A stretch of DNA of 60,205 bases, counting the filler. It is 4 parts of 4 records of this genome, joined end to end, with 100 filler letters (N's around TTAATTAATTAA, not from the genome) between each part and the next. Parts side by side here need not be neighbours in the genome. Positions count along the whole stretch, not along the records: positions 1 to 13,646 come from SRR20825006_398; positions 13,747 to 40,700 come from SRR20825006_399; 2 more parts are not named here. One strand, written 5' to 3'. The notes under the pieces are model-generated. The model made no database searches and was not told the DNA's origin. It saw nothing but the letters and a program-made list of their open reading frames with translations. This document shows positions 11,637 to 22,235 of the stretch, piece after piece. The translations under genes were made by a program, and so were the position numbers. Each line of letters starts with the position of its first letter. Positions within the stretch are counted from its first letter, which is position 1.

Positions 11637-12324
11637 GTTCCGAAATCTGCGCCTAACGCAGGGCGATTTTACTCTCACCGCTGATTTCCAAGTGCCAAAA
11701 GGCGCGCGGGTGGCGGTGATTGGACCTTCGGGGGCGGGAAAATCGACGCTTCTGTCGCTCATCGGGGGATTTGAGACCCCTGATGACGGCGACATTCTTT
11801 GGCGGGGCAAGCCCTTTGGCCTATCCGCGCCTTTTGAACGCCCGATTTCACATCTGTTTCAGGACAACACGCTTTTTGCTCATATGACTGCGGCGCAGAA
11901 TGTCGGGCTTGGGCTTAGGCCAAGTTTGCGCCTGTCCAAATCTGAGCAGAGCGCAGTATCCGAGGCGCTGCGGGCCGTGGGACTTGAGGGTTTAGAAACC
12001 CGGCGCCCGGGTGCGCTTTCGGGCGGACAGCAAAGCCGCGTGGCTTTGGCGCGCGTCCTTGTGCAGCAAAAGCCGTTGATCCTGTTGGATGAGCCGTTTT
12101 CGGCGCTTGGTCCGGCGATGCGGCATGAGATGATTGATCTGGCGAAAGAGGTGTCGGAGCGCTTAGGGGCGACGATGTTGATGGTCACCCATGATGTGTC
12201 GGATGTGGACCGTTTCGCCGATCTGGTGATTTGGGTGGAGGGCGGGACCTGTCAACCGCCACGGCCATGGGCAAAGATGAAAGCGGACCCGCCACAGGGA
12301 CTTTTGGATTACATCGGCACATGA
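11629..12324 (+). CDS. thiQ: Thiamine ABC transporter ATPase
   Basis: GPSGAGKST, LSGGQQSRVALAR, LLDEPF; GTG start overlapping the end of thiP. Confidence 0.93.
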   Translation: MLEFRNLRLTQGDFTLTADFQVPKGARVAVIGPSGAGKSTLLSLIGGFETPDDGDILWRGKPFGLSAPFERPISHLFQDNTLFAHMTAAQNVGLGLRPSLRLSKSEQSAVSEALRAVGLEGLETRRPGALSGGQQSRVALARVLVQQKPLILLDEPFSALGPAMRHEMIDLAKEVSERLGATMLMVTHDVSDVDRFADLVIWVEGGTCQPPRPWAKMKADPPQGLLDYIGT

Positions 12325-12354
12325 AAAAAGCGCCCCAAATTGGGGCGCTTTCTC
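12324..12354. terminator. Bidirectional intrinsic terminator between thiQ and petC
   Basis: AAAAAAGCGCCCCA-aat-TGGGGCGCTTT between convergent genes. Confidence 0.85.
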
Positions 12355-12374
12355 ATTTCTAACTCTTCGGTCGC

Positions 12375-13193
12375 TTAAAGCGACGTCTTTTTGCCTTTAT
12401 GCGGCGCCCAGAGTTTTTTGTTGGTCAGGTAGAGCAAAGAGGTCAGCAGCACCAAGAAGGTCACGGCCATAAAGCCGGCCCGCTTGCGTGCCATCATCTT
12501 CGGCTCAGCGGCCCACATCAAAAAGGCAGCTACGTCTTCGGCTTCATGGTGCAGCTCATTGGAGTGACCATCAGCATATTCGACGTCCTCCCCGTAAAGG
12601 GGCGGAGCCATGGCGATCCAACCTGTCGAGAACGCGGTGTTTTCGTAATAGGTGGTGCCAGCTTCGACCTTTTCCTCACCGGTGTAGCCGGTCAGGATGG
12701 AGACGATGTGCTCCGGGCCACCAATGCCTTTGAGGAACTGGTTGATGCCAGTGCCGTAAGGACCGTGAAACCCCGCACGCGCCTTTGCCATCAAGGACAG
12801 GTCAGGTGCGTTTTGCGAATTGTTGGCCGGGAAGTGGTCGTTCGCGGTCAACGGGCGCGCAGCACCTTCGTTATAGTCGAAAAGCTGCATGTTGGAGGCT
12901 TCGTCATTCACCGACAACTGGGCCGCATAAGCGCGGACCTGATCTTCGGGGAGTGCCGGGCCACCTTCGTCGGCCAGCGTGCGGATCGGCACGAATTTCA
13001 TGCCGTGACACGCCGAACAGACCTCGGTGTAAACTTGCAGACCGCGCTGAAGCTGCATCTGGTCAAATTTACCGAACGGTCCTTCGAAGGAGAAATCCAC
13101 ATCATGGACATGTCCGCCTTCGCCTGCGGCGATCGCCCCACCGGTGGACAAAGCCAGCGCGGTGAGGGCGGAGAGGGTAAGTTTTTTCATCAT
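12375..13193 (-). CDS. petC: Cytochrome c1 of the bc1 complex
   Basis: CSACH heme motif, [25 protein letters not shown] and C-terminal anchor; true start MMKKL (13193 or 13190) behind a GAAAGGA RBS. Confidence 0.96.
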   Translation of the reverse strand: MMKKLTLSALTALALSTGGAIAAGEGGHVHDVDFSFEGPFGKFDQMQLQRGLQVYTEVCSACHGMKFVPIRTLADEGGPALPEDQVRAYAAQLSVNDEASNMQLFDYNEGAARPLTANDHFPANNSQNAPDLSLMAKARAGFHGPYGTGINQFLKGIGGPEHIVSILTGYTGEEKVEAGTTYYENTAFSTGWIAMAPPLYGEDVEYADGHSNELHHEAEDVAAFLMWAAEPKMMARKRAGFMAVTFLVLLTSLLYLTNKKLWAPHKGKKTSL

Positions 13194-13210
13194 CGTCCCT
13201 GTTTCCTTTC

Positions 13211-13646
13211 TCACTCGGCCGCGCCCGGGTAATGGGCGGCAAAGTCTTCTTCGATCGTGGCCGGAGTCGGCAGCGGTTTCTCGATCACACCCAAGAGCGG
13301 GAGGATGACGAAGAAGTAGGCGAACCAATAGGTTGCACCGATCAGCGAGATATACGGGTAAATCCCATCGGTCGGCATGGCGCCCACCCACATCAGCACA
13401 ACGAAATCGACGGCCAACAGCGCAAACCACCATTTGAACATCGGGCGGTATTTGCCCGAACGCACCGACGATGTGTCGAGCCAAGGCACAAGCGCCATGG
13501 CGATGATCGCACCAAACATGGCCAAGACGCCGAAGAATTTCGCATCAACGATGCCGCCGGTGATGAAGGAGACCGCTTGCACGGCCCACACATCCGCCGT
13601 GAAGGCACGCAGGATGGCGTAGAACGGCAGGAAGTACCATTCCGGC
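13211..13646 (-). CDS. petB: Cytochrome b (C-terminal part, truncated by contig end)
   Basis: [30 protein letters not shown]; upstream of petC. Confidence 0.95.
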
Positions 13647-13746
13647 NNNNNNNNNNNNNNNNNNNNNNNNNNNNNNNNNNNNNNNNNNNNTTAATTAATT
13701 AANNNNNNNNNNNNNNNNNNNNNNNNNNNNNNNNNNNNNNNNNNNN
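13647..13746. other. Artificial contig-joining spacer
   Basis: 44 N + TTAATTAATTAA (stops in all six frames) + 44 N. Confidence 0.98.
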
Positions 13747-13756
13747 ACAAACAAAA

Positions 13757-13771
13757 GAACAAATCAAGAAC
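13757..13771. promoter_or_regulatory. Putative alphaproteobacterial LexA (SOS) box
   Basis: GAAC-aaatcaa-GAAC matches GAAC-N7-GAAC exactly; the target gene is probably off the contig. Confidence 0.6.
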
Positions 13772-14017
13772 TTTTTTTCGAAGAATCTGAAAAACTTTAT
13801 ATATGCCCCAGGGCTGCCCCCAATTCGTACGCCTGAAATTGACAATTGAAATCTGGTTGCCCTTAGAAAAGGGAATTGTCGTATGGCACGGATTTAATGC
13901 TGCAGAATGAATAAGTTATTGCTCGTTTTCTTCTGCTTGAAGGGCGTGGATTGATCAGCAGAACAGCGATCTAACAGCATATTTCACATTCTTTAAACCG
14001 TTACACGGCCCAATTTA

Positions 14018-14036
14018 ATTGCGAATGAGTATTATT
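14018..14036 (+). promoter_or_regulatory. Putative Fur box upstream of fecI-like sigma
   Basis: ATTGCGAAT-G-AGTATTATT, an imperfect 9-1-9 AT-rich box. Confidence 0.5.
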
Positions 14037-14082
14037 TTTGATAACTCAACAAGTATCGGATCATTAGAGTCAGGTTTTCGGT

Positions 14083-14598
14083 TTGGCAATAACCGACATC
14101 AAAACGCTATTCCTTTCCCATCAAAGGGAATTGCAGATTTATCTCACTCGCCTGTTGCGCGACGCTGATATTGCTGTGGATTTGACACAGGAAACATTCC
14201 TGCGTGTTACCGAACACGCCCGGCAGAATAAATCGAATGATGTGACGCATGTACGCTCCTACCTGTATCGGGTTGCCCACAATCTTGCCGTGGACCATGT
14301 TCGTGCACAAAAGCGTAACCCGGTGAATCGGGCTGATGACAGCAATCTGGGAACGATCCCTCACAATGCCCCCTCGCCAGAACAAATTGTCGGCGATCAG
14401 TCTGAACTTGATTTCGTGCGGCGTGCCCTTGATGAACTTCCCGAAAGGACGCGCAATATCTTCGTGCTGGTGCGCGTAGATGGGCTTACCTATCATCAGG
14501 CTGCCGAGAGACTTGGTATCTCCGACAGCTCGGTCCAAAAGCATATTGCCCGTGCCATTGCCCACGTCATGGCACGGCGGGGCAAGAAAGGCGTGTGA
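14083..14598 (+). CDS. FecI-like ECF sigma factor
   Basis: DLTQETFLR, YLYRVAHNLAVDH, LPERTRNIFVLVRVDGLTY; followed by a FecR-like gene; TTG start. Confidence 0.93.
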   Translation: MAITDIKTLFLSHQRELQIYLTRLLRDADIAVDLTQETFLRVTEHARQNKSNDVTHVRSYLYRVAHNLAVDHVRAQKRNPVNRADDSNLGTIPHNAPSPEQIVGDQSELDFVRRALDELPERTRNIFVLVRVDGLTYHQAAERLGISDSSVQKHIARAIAHVMARRGKKGV

Positions 14599-14692
14599 TC
14601 TGGTGCAAAATTTTTTAGCCTTTTCTTGTACTTTGAACGTCCTAAAGTTATGGACCAAATGAAACAGCGATTTTCGGGCGCGGATCAGTAAC

Positions 14693-15736
14693 GTGAATCA
14701 AACGCAACAGACGCAGGAAAGCATTGATCTTTGTGCCGCCAACTGGGTTGCGCGGATGATTGACGGCGGCCTGAATGATGCAGAACACAAAGCTCTTGAT
14801 GCCTGGCTTGCACAATCCCGTTCCCACCAGCAAGCATTTGCCGATGCCAATCACGCACTTGCGATGATGGATGCCAGTCTGTTTTCTGACGGCGTAAATG
14901 CGGCGCAAAGCTCTATGCATGAGGCAGACAGGCAGAACGCCGAAATCCGGCCATTTCCGGTAATTACAGGCAAAGGCAAAAAACCGCCTCGCACAGGTAT
15001 CGGAAAATGGGCCGCGATTGCCCTGGCTGCCTGTCTGCTCATCGCACTGTTTTCCGGCAGGGTGCTGATGGGTGATCCGGCTTTGGTCTGGGGGGCAGAT
15101 TATCATACTGCACCTGGCGAAATCAGGACGATCACCCTTGACGATGGCAGCAAGATAACACTTGGCCCCGATAGCGCCATTGACGTCAAATTCAGTGAAC
15201 AGGAACGACGGATCGAAATTTTTACCGGCCTCGTCGACTTTCAGGCAGTTCCGATGGAGAATGCCGGTGATCGTCCGTTCGTCGTGTCCACCGGCGACGG
15301 TATAGCACGCGCTTTAGGGACCCGTTTTGTCATCGACAAATTCGATGATTATGCGTCGGTCTCCGTATTGCAACACAACGTGAAAGTCAGCCTGACAAAC
15401 GGCGCGCGCCCCACAAAATCGCTCGTTCTGAGCCCCAATGAGGCTGTCAGATACAGCCGATATTCACTTGAAGATATCTATCCCGTCAATTCGGACCGTG
15501 TTCTGAGTTGGCAAAAGGGCAAGCTGATCTTTGACCGGGTTGCCTTGCGTGAAGTGGTTGCCGAGTTTTCCCGCTATCAGCATGGAAAAATCCTGATCGC
15601 CAATGAAGCCGTTGCACGAAAGCGTGTAAGTGGTGTTTTCGACATGAGCGATCCACAAGTCGGGCTGGACCTGATTGCGACAGAGCTGTCTATCCGCAAG
15701 GTTTCCATCACACCGCTGCTGACATTCCTTTACTAA
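14693..15736 (+). CDS. FecR-like transmembrane sensor/anti-sigma
   Basis: AANWVAR..WLAQSRSH N-terminus, single TM, TLDDGS, RPFVV, ALGTRF, SGVFD. Confidence 0.93.
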   Translation: MNQTQQTQESIDLCAANWVARMIDGGLNDAEHKALDAWLAQSRSHQQAFADANHALAMMDASLFSDGVNAAQSSMHEADRQNAEIRPFPVITGKGKKPPRTGIGKWAAIALAACLLIALFSGRVLMGDPALVWGADYHTAPGEIRTITLDDGSKITLGPDSAIDVKFSEQERRIEIFTGLVDFQAVPMENAGDRPFVVSTGDGIARALGTRFVIDKFDDYASVSVLQHNVKVSLTNGARPTKSLVLSPNEAVRYSRYSLEDIYPVNSDRVLSWQKGKLIFDRVALREVVAEFSRYQHGKILIANEAVARKRVSGVFDMSDPQVGLDLIATELSIRKVSITPLLTFLY

Positions 15737-15821
15737 ATCGGACGCCCAGTCTTCCGGAAAAGCCGCATTTCGGCCATTTCCCGACCTTCCTCCTGAAGAA
15801 AAACAAAAAATAGAAATTTAT

Positions 15822-15852
15822 CTTACTGAATCAGAATGCAAATCCCGTCTCA
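15822..15852 (+). promoter_or_regulatory. Putative ECF promoter, class A, upstream of the TonB receptor
   Basis: CTTACTGAA-N9-AAATCCCGTCTCA; the same motif and spacing recur at 23072-23102. Confidence 0.65.
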
Positions 15853-15865
15853 CCTAGCATCAGCA

Positions 15866-15884
15866 AATGCAAATCATTTGCGTT
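15866..15884 (+). promoter_or_regulatory. Putative Fur box upstream of the TonB receptor
   Basis: AATGCAAAT-C-ATTTGCGTT, a near-perfect 9-1-9 palindrome. Confidence 0.6.
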
Positions 15885-15917
15885 ATTAAGAAAATATCGA
15901 AGATGGGGGTCTGCATA

Positions 15918-18377
15918 ATGCAGGTAAATAAAGCCGGCAAAGCCCGGTTGGCAAAAGGTTTGGCATATCAGTTGATATGTGGTGCAAGTTTGTTTGCACT
16001 TGCTGCCGGGTTGATCGTTACGGGGGTTCCAGCCACGGCGAAAGCACAACAGGACAATACGTCGGTAAGCAGTGCAACACCGATGGAATTTTCAATCCCG
16101 TCACAGGACCTTAATCAGGCGCTGTTGACTTTTGCCGATCAGGCAAATTTGCAATTGTTCTACGATCTGGACCGTGTCGACGGTTTGCAAAGTTCGGAAC
16201 TGGAAGGCAGTTACACGCCTTCTGATGCACTTAAAGTCCTGCTGCTGGGTAGCGGTATGACCTATCGGTTCACGGGCGAGAGCACTGTTTCCCTGTCAAA
16301 GATGGAAACTTCCGATGTGGATGCGTCGACTGTTGTTGATCCGGTCTATGTCGAAGCAAATGCACAAAGCTCAAGCGAACTGGCGCATGGTTACGTCGCA
16401 ACAACCAGCAGTTCGGGAACCAAAACCAGCACTCCCCTGATCGAAACCGCCAAAAGCATCTCGGTCGTGACCGAACAGGAAATTGAAGACCGCGCAGTCG
16501 CCAGCATTGAGGATGCAGTCGCCTATACCGCAGGTGTCGCAACCAATAATTACGGCTATGATCCACGCTTCGATCAGGTCTATGTCCGTGGCTATCCGGT
16601 TCATATCTATGGCGATTATCGTGACGGCCTACGGCAGATGACAGGTGTTTACGCAACCTTCAGAACCGAACCTTACAGCCTTGAACAGCTTGAGATCGTG
16701 AAGGGCCCGACGGCGGCACTATATGGCCAGACGACACCCGGCGGCTTGCTAAATAGCGTCACCAAACGCCCGCACAAAGATGCCAAAAACAACGTCTATG
16801 GACGTTTCACCGACACGGAATCCTATGAAGGTGGTTTCGACTATAATCTGGATATCAGCGAGAATGGCGAATGGGCTTCGCGATTTGTCGGCATGGCGCG
16901 TTATGGCGAAACAAGCAATGACATCCAGGATGATCGCCAGATGTTCGCGCCAACCATTCGCTGGCAACCCAATGAGAACACGGACCTGACCGTTTATACC
17001 CTTTTACAACATGACGAGACGGACGCATCTGCGACATTGCTGAACCTGAATGGCGAAGTCCTTGACTATCGTACCAGTGACGCAGATTACGACTATCAGA
17101 AGCAAGATCAGTTTCAGGTCGGCTATGAACTCACCCACCATCTGAACTCCGTGCCGGTCACCCTGGCTCAAAACACCCGATTTGGTTATTTTGACCTCAC
17201 GGCCCGCTATCTCACCGGGGGCGTTGCCGGGGCTGGCTGGAATCCTTCTGACGCCAACGAATATCGACGCGTGGCGCAGGCCGTCCAGGAAACGCTCTGG
17301 AGCGCACAGGTCGACAATCAGGCAATTACCAGCTTTGAAACCGGAGAGGTTTCTCATGAATTGCTGACCGGTCTGGATTTAATGTACTCGAAATCCGATT
17401 ATCGATTTGGTTCAAGTGCGGTGCTGAGCGACTACAGCTTCTATCTTGATGACCCAAACAGATCAATTTCCGGCAGCACGCCTGCCTACACGACATTGGA
17501 TGATGTTACTTATAACCAGACAGGCGTCTATGTTCAGGATCAGCTGGAATACGGGAACTGGCATTTCAATGGCGGCGTTCGTTTCGACTATGCAGAGCGC
17601 AAGCGCATCAGCCGCCTGACAAATACCGGCTCAACAGACTACAACACCGCAACGACTTTTAATGCCAGCGCACTTTACGCGTTCGATAACGGTGTATCGC
17701 CCTATGTCAGTTGGGGCACTTCATTCCTGCCAAGCACCAGTCAGGATATCAACGGCAAGATGCTCACCCCGACCGAAGGTGAACAATATGAAGTTGGCGT
17801 CAAATACGAACCAATCGGGTTCGATAGTTTAGTCACCGTATCTGCCTATCGGCTGACCGAGGACAATGTTGCCCGCTATGCAGGCTACAGTGCCACAATT
17901 GGTTCGTATTATGAGCCTATCGGCAAACTTGAATCACGCGGGCTTGAAATCGAAGGCAAGGCAAATGTGACCGAAAGCCTGAGCCTTGTTGCAAACTTTG
18001 CCTATAACAATGCCAAGATCGTCAAAGGCTCCTACCGTGGCAACACGCCGCTCGTAACGCCGGAAAAAACCGCATCGACCTGGGTGGATTACACTTTCCA
18101 GAGCGGACCTCTGAGTGGCTTCGGACTTGGCGTTGGTGTTCGCTACATCGACTCAAGCTATGCCAACTATACCAACACCAGCAAGAACAAGTCTTACACA
18201 CTGCTTGATGCCGCAATCCGATATGACTTCGGTGCGGTCAGCGACAAGCTTGAAGGCCTGACACTCGCCATCAACGGCACCAACCTCGCCGACAACAAAG
18301 CCGACATTTGCAACAACGGATACTGCTACCAGAACGAGGGGCAGACCATTGCAGCAACATTAAAATACGACTGGTAA
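15918..18377 (+). CDS. TonB-dependent ferric-hydroxamate receptor/transducer (FhuA-like with N-terminal STN signalling domain)
   Basis: Signal peptide, FSIPSQDLNQAL STN domain, GTKTSTPLIETAKSISVVT plug, KGPTAALYG, C-terminal YDW. Confidence 0.93.
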   Translation: MQVNKAGKARLAKGLAYQLICGASLFALAAGLIVTGVPATAKAQQDNTSVSSATPMEFSIPSQDLNQALLTFADQANLQLFYDLDRVDGLQSSELEGSYTPSDALKVLLLGSGMTYRFTGESTVSLSKMETSDVDASTVVDPVYVEANAQSSSELAHGYVATTSSSGTKTSTPLIETAKSISVVTEQEIEDRAVASIEDAVAYTAGVATNNYGYDPRFDQVYVRGYPVHIYGDYRDGLRQMTGVYATFRTEPYSLEQLEIVKGPTAALYGQTTPGGLLNSVTKRPHKDAKNNVYGRFTDTESYEGGFDYNLDISENGEWASRFVGMARYGETSNDIQDDRQMFAPTIRWQPNENTDLTVYTLLQHDETDASATLLNLNGEVLDYRTSDADYDYQKQDQFQVGYELTHHLNSVPVTLAQNTRFGYFDLTARYLTGGVAGAGWNPSDANEYRRVAQAVQETLWSAQVDNQAITSFETGEVSHELLTGLDLMYSKSDYRFGSSAVLSDYSFYLDDPNRSISGSTPAYTTLDDVTYNQTGVYVQDQLEYGNWHFNGGVRFDYAERKRISRLTNTGSTDYNTATTFNASALYAFDNGVSPYVSWGTSFLPSTSQDINGKMLTPTEGEQYEVGVKYEPIGFDSLVTVSAYRLTEDNVARYAGYSATIGSYYEPIGKLESRGLEIEGKANVTESLSLVANFAYNNAKIVKGSYRGNTPLVTPEKTASTWVDYTFQSGPLSGFGLGVGVRYIDSSYANYTNTSKNKSYTLLDAAIRYDFGAVSDKLEGLTLAINGTNLADNKADICNNGYCYQNEGQTIAATLKYDW

Positions 18378-18385
18378 CCGCGCAT

Positions 18386-18445
18386 CCCGGGGCGCAATAC
18401 CGCGCCCCGGGTCCGTTTTCCGCAATCCGCGTCCAACGCGGATTT
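18386..18445 (+). terminator. Tandem hairpins after the receptor (attenuator or mRNA stabiliser)
   Basis: CCCGGGGCGC-aatacc-GCGCCCCGGG, then AATCCGCGT-cca-ACGCGGATT-TT. Confidence 0.55.
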
Positions 18446-18475
18446 TCTGCATTTCCAAGAAACTGGTTCATCGCC

Positions 18476-19273
18476 ATGGATTTGTCTGACCGCCCCGCCG
18501 TTCTTGCCATGCAGGACACCCATTTCCAAACATCGGAGGGCTCAATCCTTCTTAAGGAAGTCTCCGTTACATTTCGGGCGCGCAGCCTGACTGCAATTGT
18601 GGGCCATAACGGTTCTGGTAAATCGACGGCCCTTAAAATGCTGGCTGGGCTGAACAAACCATCGGGGGGGACCGTCACCCTTGATGGCGAAAATATTGCA
18701 AGCTTTGGCACACGCGAATTTGCAAAAAACGTTGCCTATCTGGCACAGGATCCCGGCGACGGCGCAGATTACACCGTCGAGGAACTGGTCGCTCTGGGAC
18801 GGTATCCCTGGCACGGACCATTCGGGCGATTACAGGACCACGACAAACAAGCAATCGAACGTGCCATTGCTCTGACCGGGCTGGAATCATTACGTCAACG
18901 TGCTGTCCACACCCTGTCTGGTGGAGAACGGCAACGTGCATGGATCGCAGTCACGCTGGCCCAGCAGGCACCTTGCCTGCTTCTGGACGAGCCAATTTCA
19001 GCACTCGACCTTGCCCATCAATATGAAATCCTGCTTTTGCTTGCAGAACTCAGCAAGCAAGATGGCTTGTGCATCATCGCCGTTTTGCACGATATCAATC
19101 TGGCTGCGCGCTTTGCCGATCAAATCGTTGCCTTGAAAAATGGCCATCTGATTGCGGATGCATCCCCTCAAACCATTATGCAGCCCAATATTCTGCGCGA
19201 TATTTTCGGCATCGACATGCTTGTCCAGCCCCATCCAACCAATGGGCATCCTGTTGCCTTGGCCAATGTGTGA
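18476..19273 (+). CDS. fhuC: Fe-hydroxamate ABC transporter ATPase
   Basis: GHNGSGKST, LGRYPWHG, LSGGERQRAWIA, LLDEP; start moved to ATG 18476. Confidence 0.9.
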   Translation: MDLSDRPAVLAMQDTHFQTSEGSILLKEVSVTFRARSLTAIVGHNGSGKSTALKMLAGLNKPSGGTVTLDGENIASFGTREFAKNVAYLAQDPGDGADYTVEELVALGRYPWHGPFGRLQDHDKQAIERAIALTGLESLRQRAVHTLSGGERQRAWIAVTLAQQAPCLLLDEPISALDLAHQYEILLLLAELSKQDGLCIIAVLHDINLAARFADQIVALKNGHLIADASPQTIMQPNILRDIFGIDMLVQPHPTNGHPVALANV

Positions 19274-19287
19274 CGGGACGAATTTCA

Positions 19288-20232
19288 ATGCATAAACCAA
19301 TCCATTTATATTCACGCCGATCATTCCTGCGCCTTGTCACGCAGGCATCGATTATATCAGGATGCGGTTACGCTTTATCCGGCCTGATGGCAGAAACCAC
19401 ATCGGCGGCAGTTCCCAAACGCATCGTGATCGCAGACGGCGCAATCAGCGAAACGGCACTGGCGATGGGGATTGTTCCGTTAGCGATGGCCGATATTCCG
19501 GGTTATCGGGCATGGGTGCAGGAACCGGCTGTTCCAGATAGGGTCATTAACCTTGGCGCACGTTTCCAGCCAAGCCTTGAACGTCTGGCACAGCTTAAAC
19601 CTGATCTGATCCTGACCAGCAGCTTCTATGCAAACCAATATGCCAGCCTACGTGATCTGGCACCGATTGAAAAAATCGACATTTACAGCAGCAGCAAAAC
19701 CCCGTTTTCAAATGCGGTTACCGCAGCACGCAAAATTGGCGACGTCACCGGTCACCCGAACGCCGCCGATAGACTGGTTGCTGATACAGCTGCGCGAATT
19801 GAACATGCTGCCCGACAACTTTCAACTCCAAAAGCCCGTTCGGTTTTGATTACCAGCATGCTGTCCCCCAGACACATGCGTGTATTTGGCCAAAACAGTC
19901 TGATGCAGGATGTTATTGCGCAACTCCCCATCCAGAATGCCTGGACTGGCCCAACCAATCATTGGGGGTTTGCGACCGTTTCGATTGATCAGGTCGCGCA
20001 ATATACCGATGCCGCAATGATTGCCATCGAACCGGTGCCTGACAATGTTGACCGGGCAATTGATCACAGTCCCATTCTTTCCGAACTTCCACCGATCAAA
20101 CGCTACGGGCTGATCAGGATGCCCCCGATTGCAACATTTGGTGGCCTGTTTGCCGCCGGTCGTTTTGCCGACCTGCTGGCAAAGTCGCTTACCCAAGCCA
20201 CGCCGGAGAATGCCGAGGCGACATCATCATGA
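19288..20232 (+). CDS. fhuD: Fe-hydroxamate ABC transporter substrate-binding protein (Tat signal)
   Basis: SRRSFL twin-arginine motif, YRAWVQEP, LGARFQPSLE, NAWTGPTNHWGF. Confidence 0.88.
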   Translation: MHKPIHLYSRRSFLRLVTQASIISGCGYALSGLMAETTSAAVPKRIVIADGAISETALAMGIVPLAMADIPGYRAWVQEPAVPDRVINLGARFQPSLERLAQLKPDLILTSSFYANQYASLRDLAPIEKIDIYSSSKTPFSNAVTAARKIGDVTGHPNAADRLVADTAARIEHAARQLSTPKARSVLITSMLSPRHMRVFGQNSLMQDVIAQLPIQNAWTGPTNHWGFATVSIDQVAQYTDAAMIAIEPVPDNVDRAIDHSPILSELPPIKRYGLIRMPPIATFGGLFAAGRFADLLAKSLTQATPENAEATSS

Positions 20233-22235
20233 CAACAACATTGCGTAACCACCCCGCATATCTGGGCACCATACCGACGACGATTTTCATTGCAGCTTTG
20301 CTGCTAAGCGCCCTTTCACTGTATATCGAAACGGGAAGCCTGAACCCTGCAATAGTTTTCGATCTTGCATCTGCGTCGGGTACACAATCCTTGTTGCTAA
20401 CCCATGGCTGGGTGCCAAGGTTTTTGATCTCCTTTGTCGCCGGTGCAGGTTTGGCGACGGCCGGTGCACTGTTTCAGCACACCCTCAAAAACCCGTTAGC
20501 GTCACCGTCCACACTTGGCCTTGCTGGTGGGGCAAAACTGTTTCTGACACTGGCAACACTGTATGTTCCCGGCGCACTTGTCATTGGCCACGATATGATT
20601 GCCCTGCTGGGTGCTTTAGTGGTCGGTATGTTGGTTTTTGCCTTGGCCCGACGTAGCGGTTTCTCGCCGTTGGTGGTGATCCTGACGGGTATGATCATTG
20701 GGCTTTATTGCGGGGCTGTGACCACCGCCCTTGCAATCATTCATCATGAATGGCTCAAAAGCCTGTTTATCTGGGGCAGCGGTGATCTTACTCAGGATGG
20801 CTGGTACATTTTGAATCCGCTGACCATCAAAGTCGCGATCGGGATGGTCGTTGCAATTATGCTGGCCCGCCCGCTTGAGATGCTGAACCTGAATGATCAT
20901 CAGGCAACGGCCCTTGGTGCATCACCGGCCCGACTGCGTATGCTGTGCCTCCTGATCGGCTGCTGGCTGACGGCAGTTACCGTTGCCGCAGTTGGTATTG
21001 TCGGTTTTGTTGGCTTGGCTGGTCCCGCAATCACACGCATGATCGGTATAAGACGCCTGCGCCACAAACTGATCGCATCTGCACTGTTTGGAGCTCTACT
21101 GCTTTGTGCCGCCGACCAAGGAGTACAGGTCCTTTCGGGTCATCTCGGAACTCTTGTTCCTGCAGGGGCCTTGACCGGTGTTTTCGGCGGGCCATTACTA
21201 ATTATTCTCATAAGGCAACTACGTGCCAATTCCCCACCATCACGCAGCACAACAGCAATCCCGACGAAGGATAGGAGCCTTCGGCAAAGCAGAATGATCC
21301 TTAGAACTTGTGTCCTGCTGGCCATTGCGGGTGCGATATTCATAGGACGTGACGTAAATGGGTTCTGGCAACTTCAATGGACAAATGATCTGCAAACTGT
21401 CTGGCCATGGCGTGGCCCGCGCATTTTGGGGGCAATCGCGGCTGGAACAATGCTGGCAATTGCCGGAACCGTCTTGCAGCGCATGACAGCAAACCCGATG
21501 GCCAGCCCCGAAAGTCTCGGTGTTAGTGCCGGGGCGGCAATTGGCATGATCGCCATCATCTTTGCGATTGACGCACCATCTGTGTGGCTTCTGATTTCCG
21601 GGGCCGCAATTGGCGCATTCGTGACACTGGTTGCGATTTTTGTCCTGACGCGGAAATCGGGATATGCACCGGAGCGCATTCTTATTGCCGGAATTGCAAT
21701 CGGAGCATTATTTGATGGTTTCATTGCATTCCTGATGGCAGGTGGCGACCCACGTGCCGCACGCCTTCTGGCCTGGAGTTCGGGGTCCACTTACGGGCTG
21801 GGCTTCGACCGTGCCACTATTCTTGCAATCGTTGCTGTTACCGCCCTGCCAATCCTGCCTGCGCTTGCACGCTGGCTTAATCTATTTCCGCTAGGCCCCA
21901 TCACCACAAAGTCGATGGGTGTGGACCTGTCGGTGTCACGTGGCAGCATGTTGCTGTTCGCTGCCATTCTGACGGCCGCGGCAACATTGCTGGTAGGGCC
22001 GCTCAGCTTTGCCGGCTTGATTGCCCCACATCTTGCGCGATTAGCCGGGTTCCGCCACGCGCTTTCACATAGTATCGGAGCTGCTTTTATCGGTGCCGCC
22101 CTGATGGTGAGTGCCGATTGGCTTGGACGGATGTTGTTCTTTCCGTGGGAAATACCTGCTGGCCTGATGGCTGCGATCATTGCCGGACCGGTTCTGGTTT
22201 GGCTTCTTATGCGTATCGGACAAACCTCATCATGA
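20229..22235 (+). CDS. fhuB: Fe-hydroxamate ABC transporter permease (duplicated FecCD domains)
   Basis: 668 aa with two halves carrying KNPLASP and ANPMASPE; FAGLIAPHLAR. Confidence 0.92.
   Translation: MTTTLRNHPAYLGTIPTTIFIAALLLSALSLYIETGSLNPAIVFDLASASGTQSLLLTHGWVPRFLISFVAGAGLATAGALFQHTLKNPLASPSTLGLAGGAKLFLTLATLYVPGALVIGHDMIALLGALVVGMLVFALARRSGFSPLVVILTGMIIGLYCGAVTTALAIIHHEWLKSLFIWGSGDLTQDGWYILNPLTIKVAIGMVVAIMLARPLEMLNLNDHQATALGASPARLRMLCLLIGCWLTAVTVAAVGIVGFVGLAGPAITRMIGIRRLRHKLIASALFGALLLCAADQGVQVLSGHLGTLVPAGALTGVFGGPLLIILIRQLRANSPPSRSTTAIPTKDRSLRQSRMILRTCVLLAIAGAIFIGRDVNGFWQLQWTNDLQTVWPWRGPRILGAIAAGTMLAIAGTVLQRMTANPMASPESLGVSAGAAIGMIAIIFAIDAPSVWLLISGAAIGAFVTLVAIFVLTRKSGYAPERILIAGIAIGALFDGFIAFLMAGGDPRAARLLAWSSGSTYGLGFDRATILAIVAVTALPILPALARWLNLFPLGPITTKSMGVDLSVSRGSMLLFAAILTAAATLLVGPLSFAGLIAPHLARLAGFRHALSHSIGAAFIGAALMVSADWLGRMLFFPWEIPAGLMAAIIAGPVLVWLLMRIGQTSS

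Noticed and set aside
13194-13484. Long N-terminal extension of cytochrome c1 in the ORF track
   Set aside because: It overlaps petB in another frame; the RBS and signal peptide place the start at 13193 or 13190.
13691-13702. TTAATTAATTAA repeated three times in the window as a biological repeat or CtrA-like site
   Set aside because: It is always centred in N runs, so it is an artificial six-frame stop linker.
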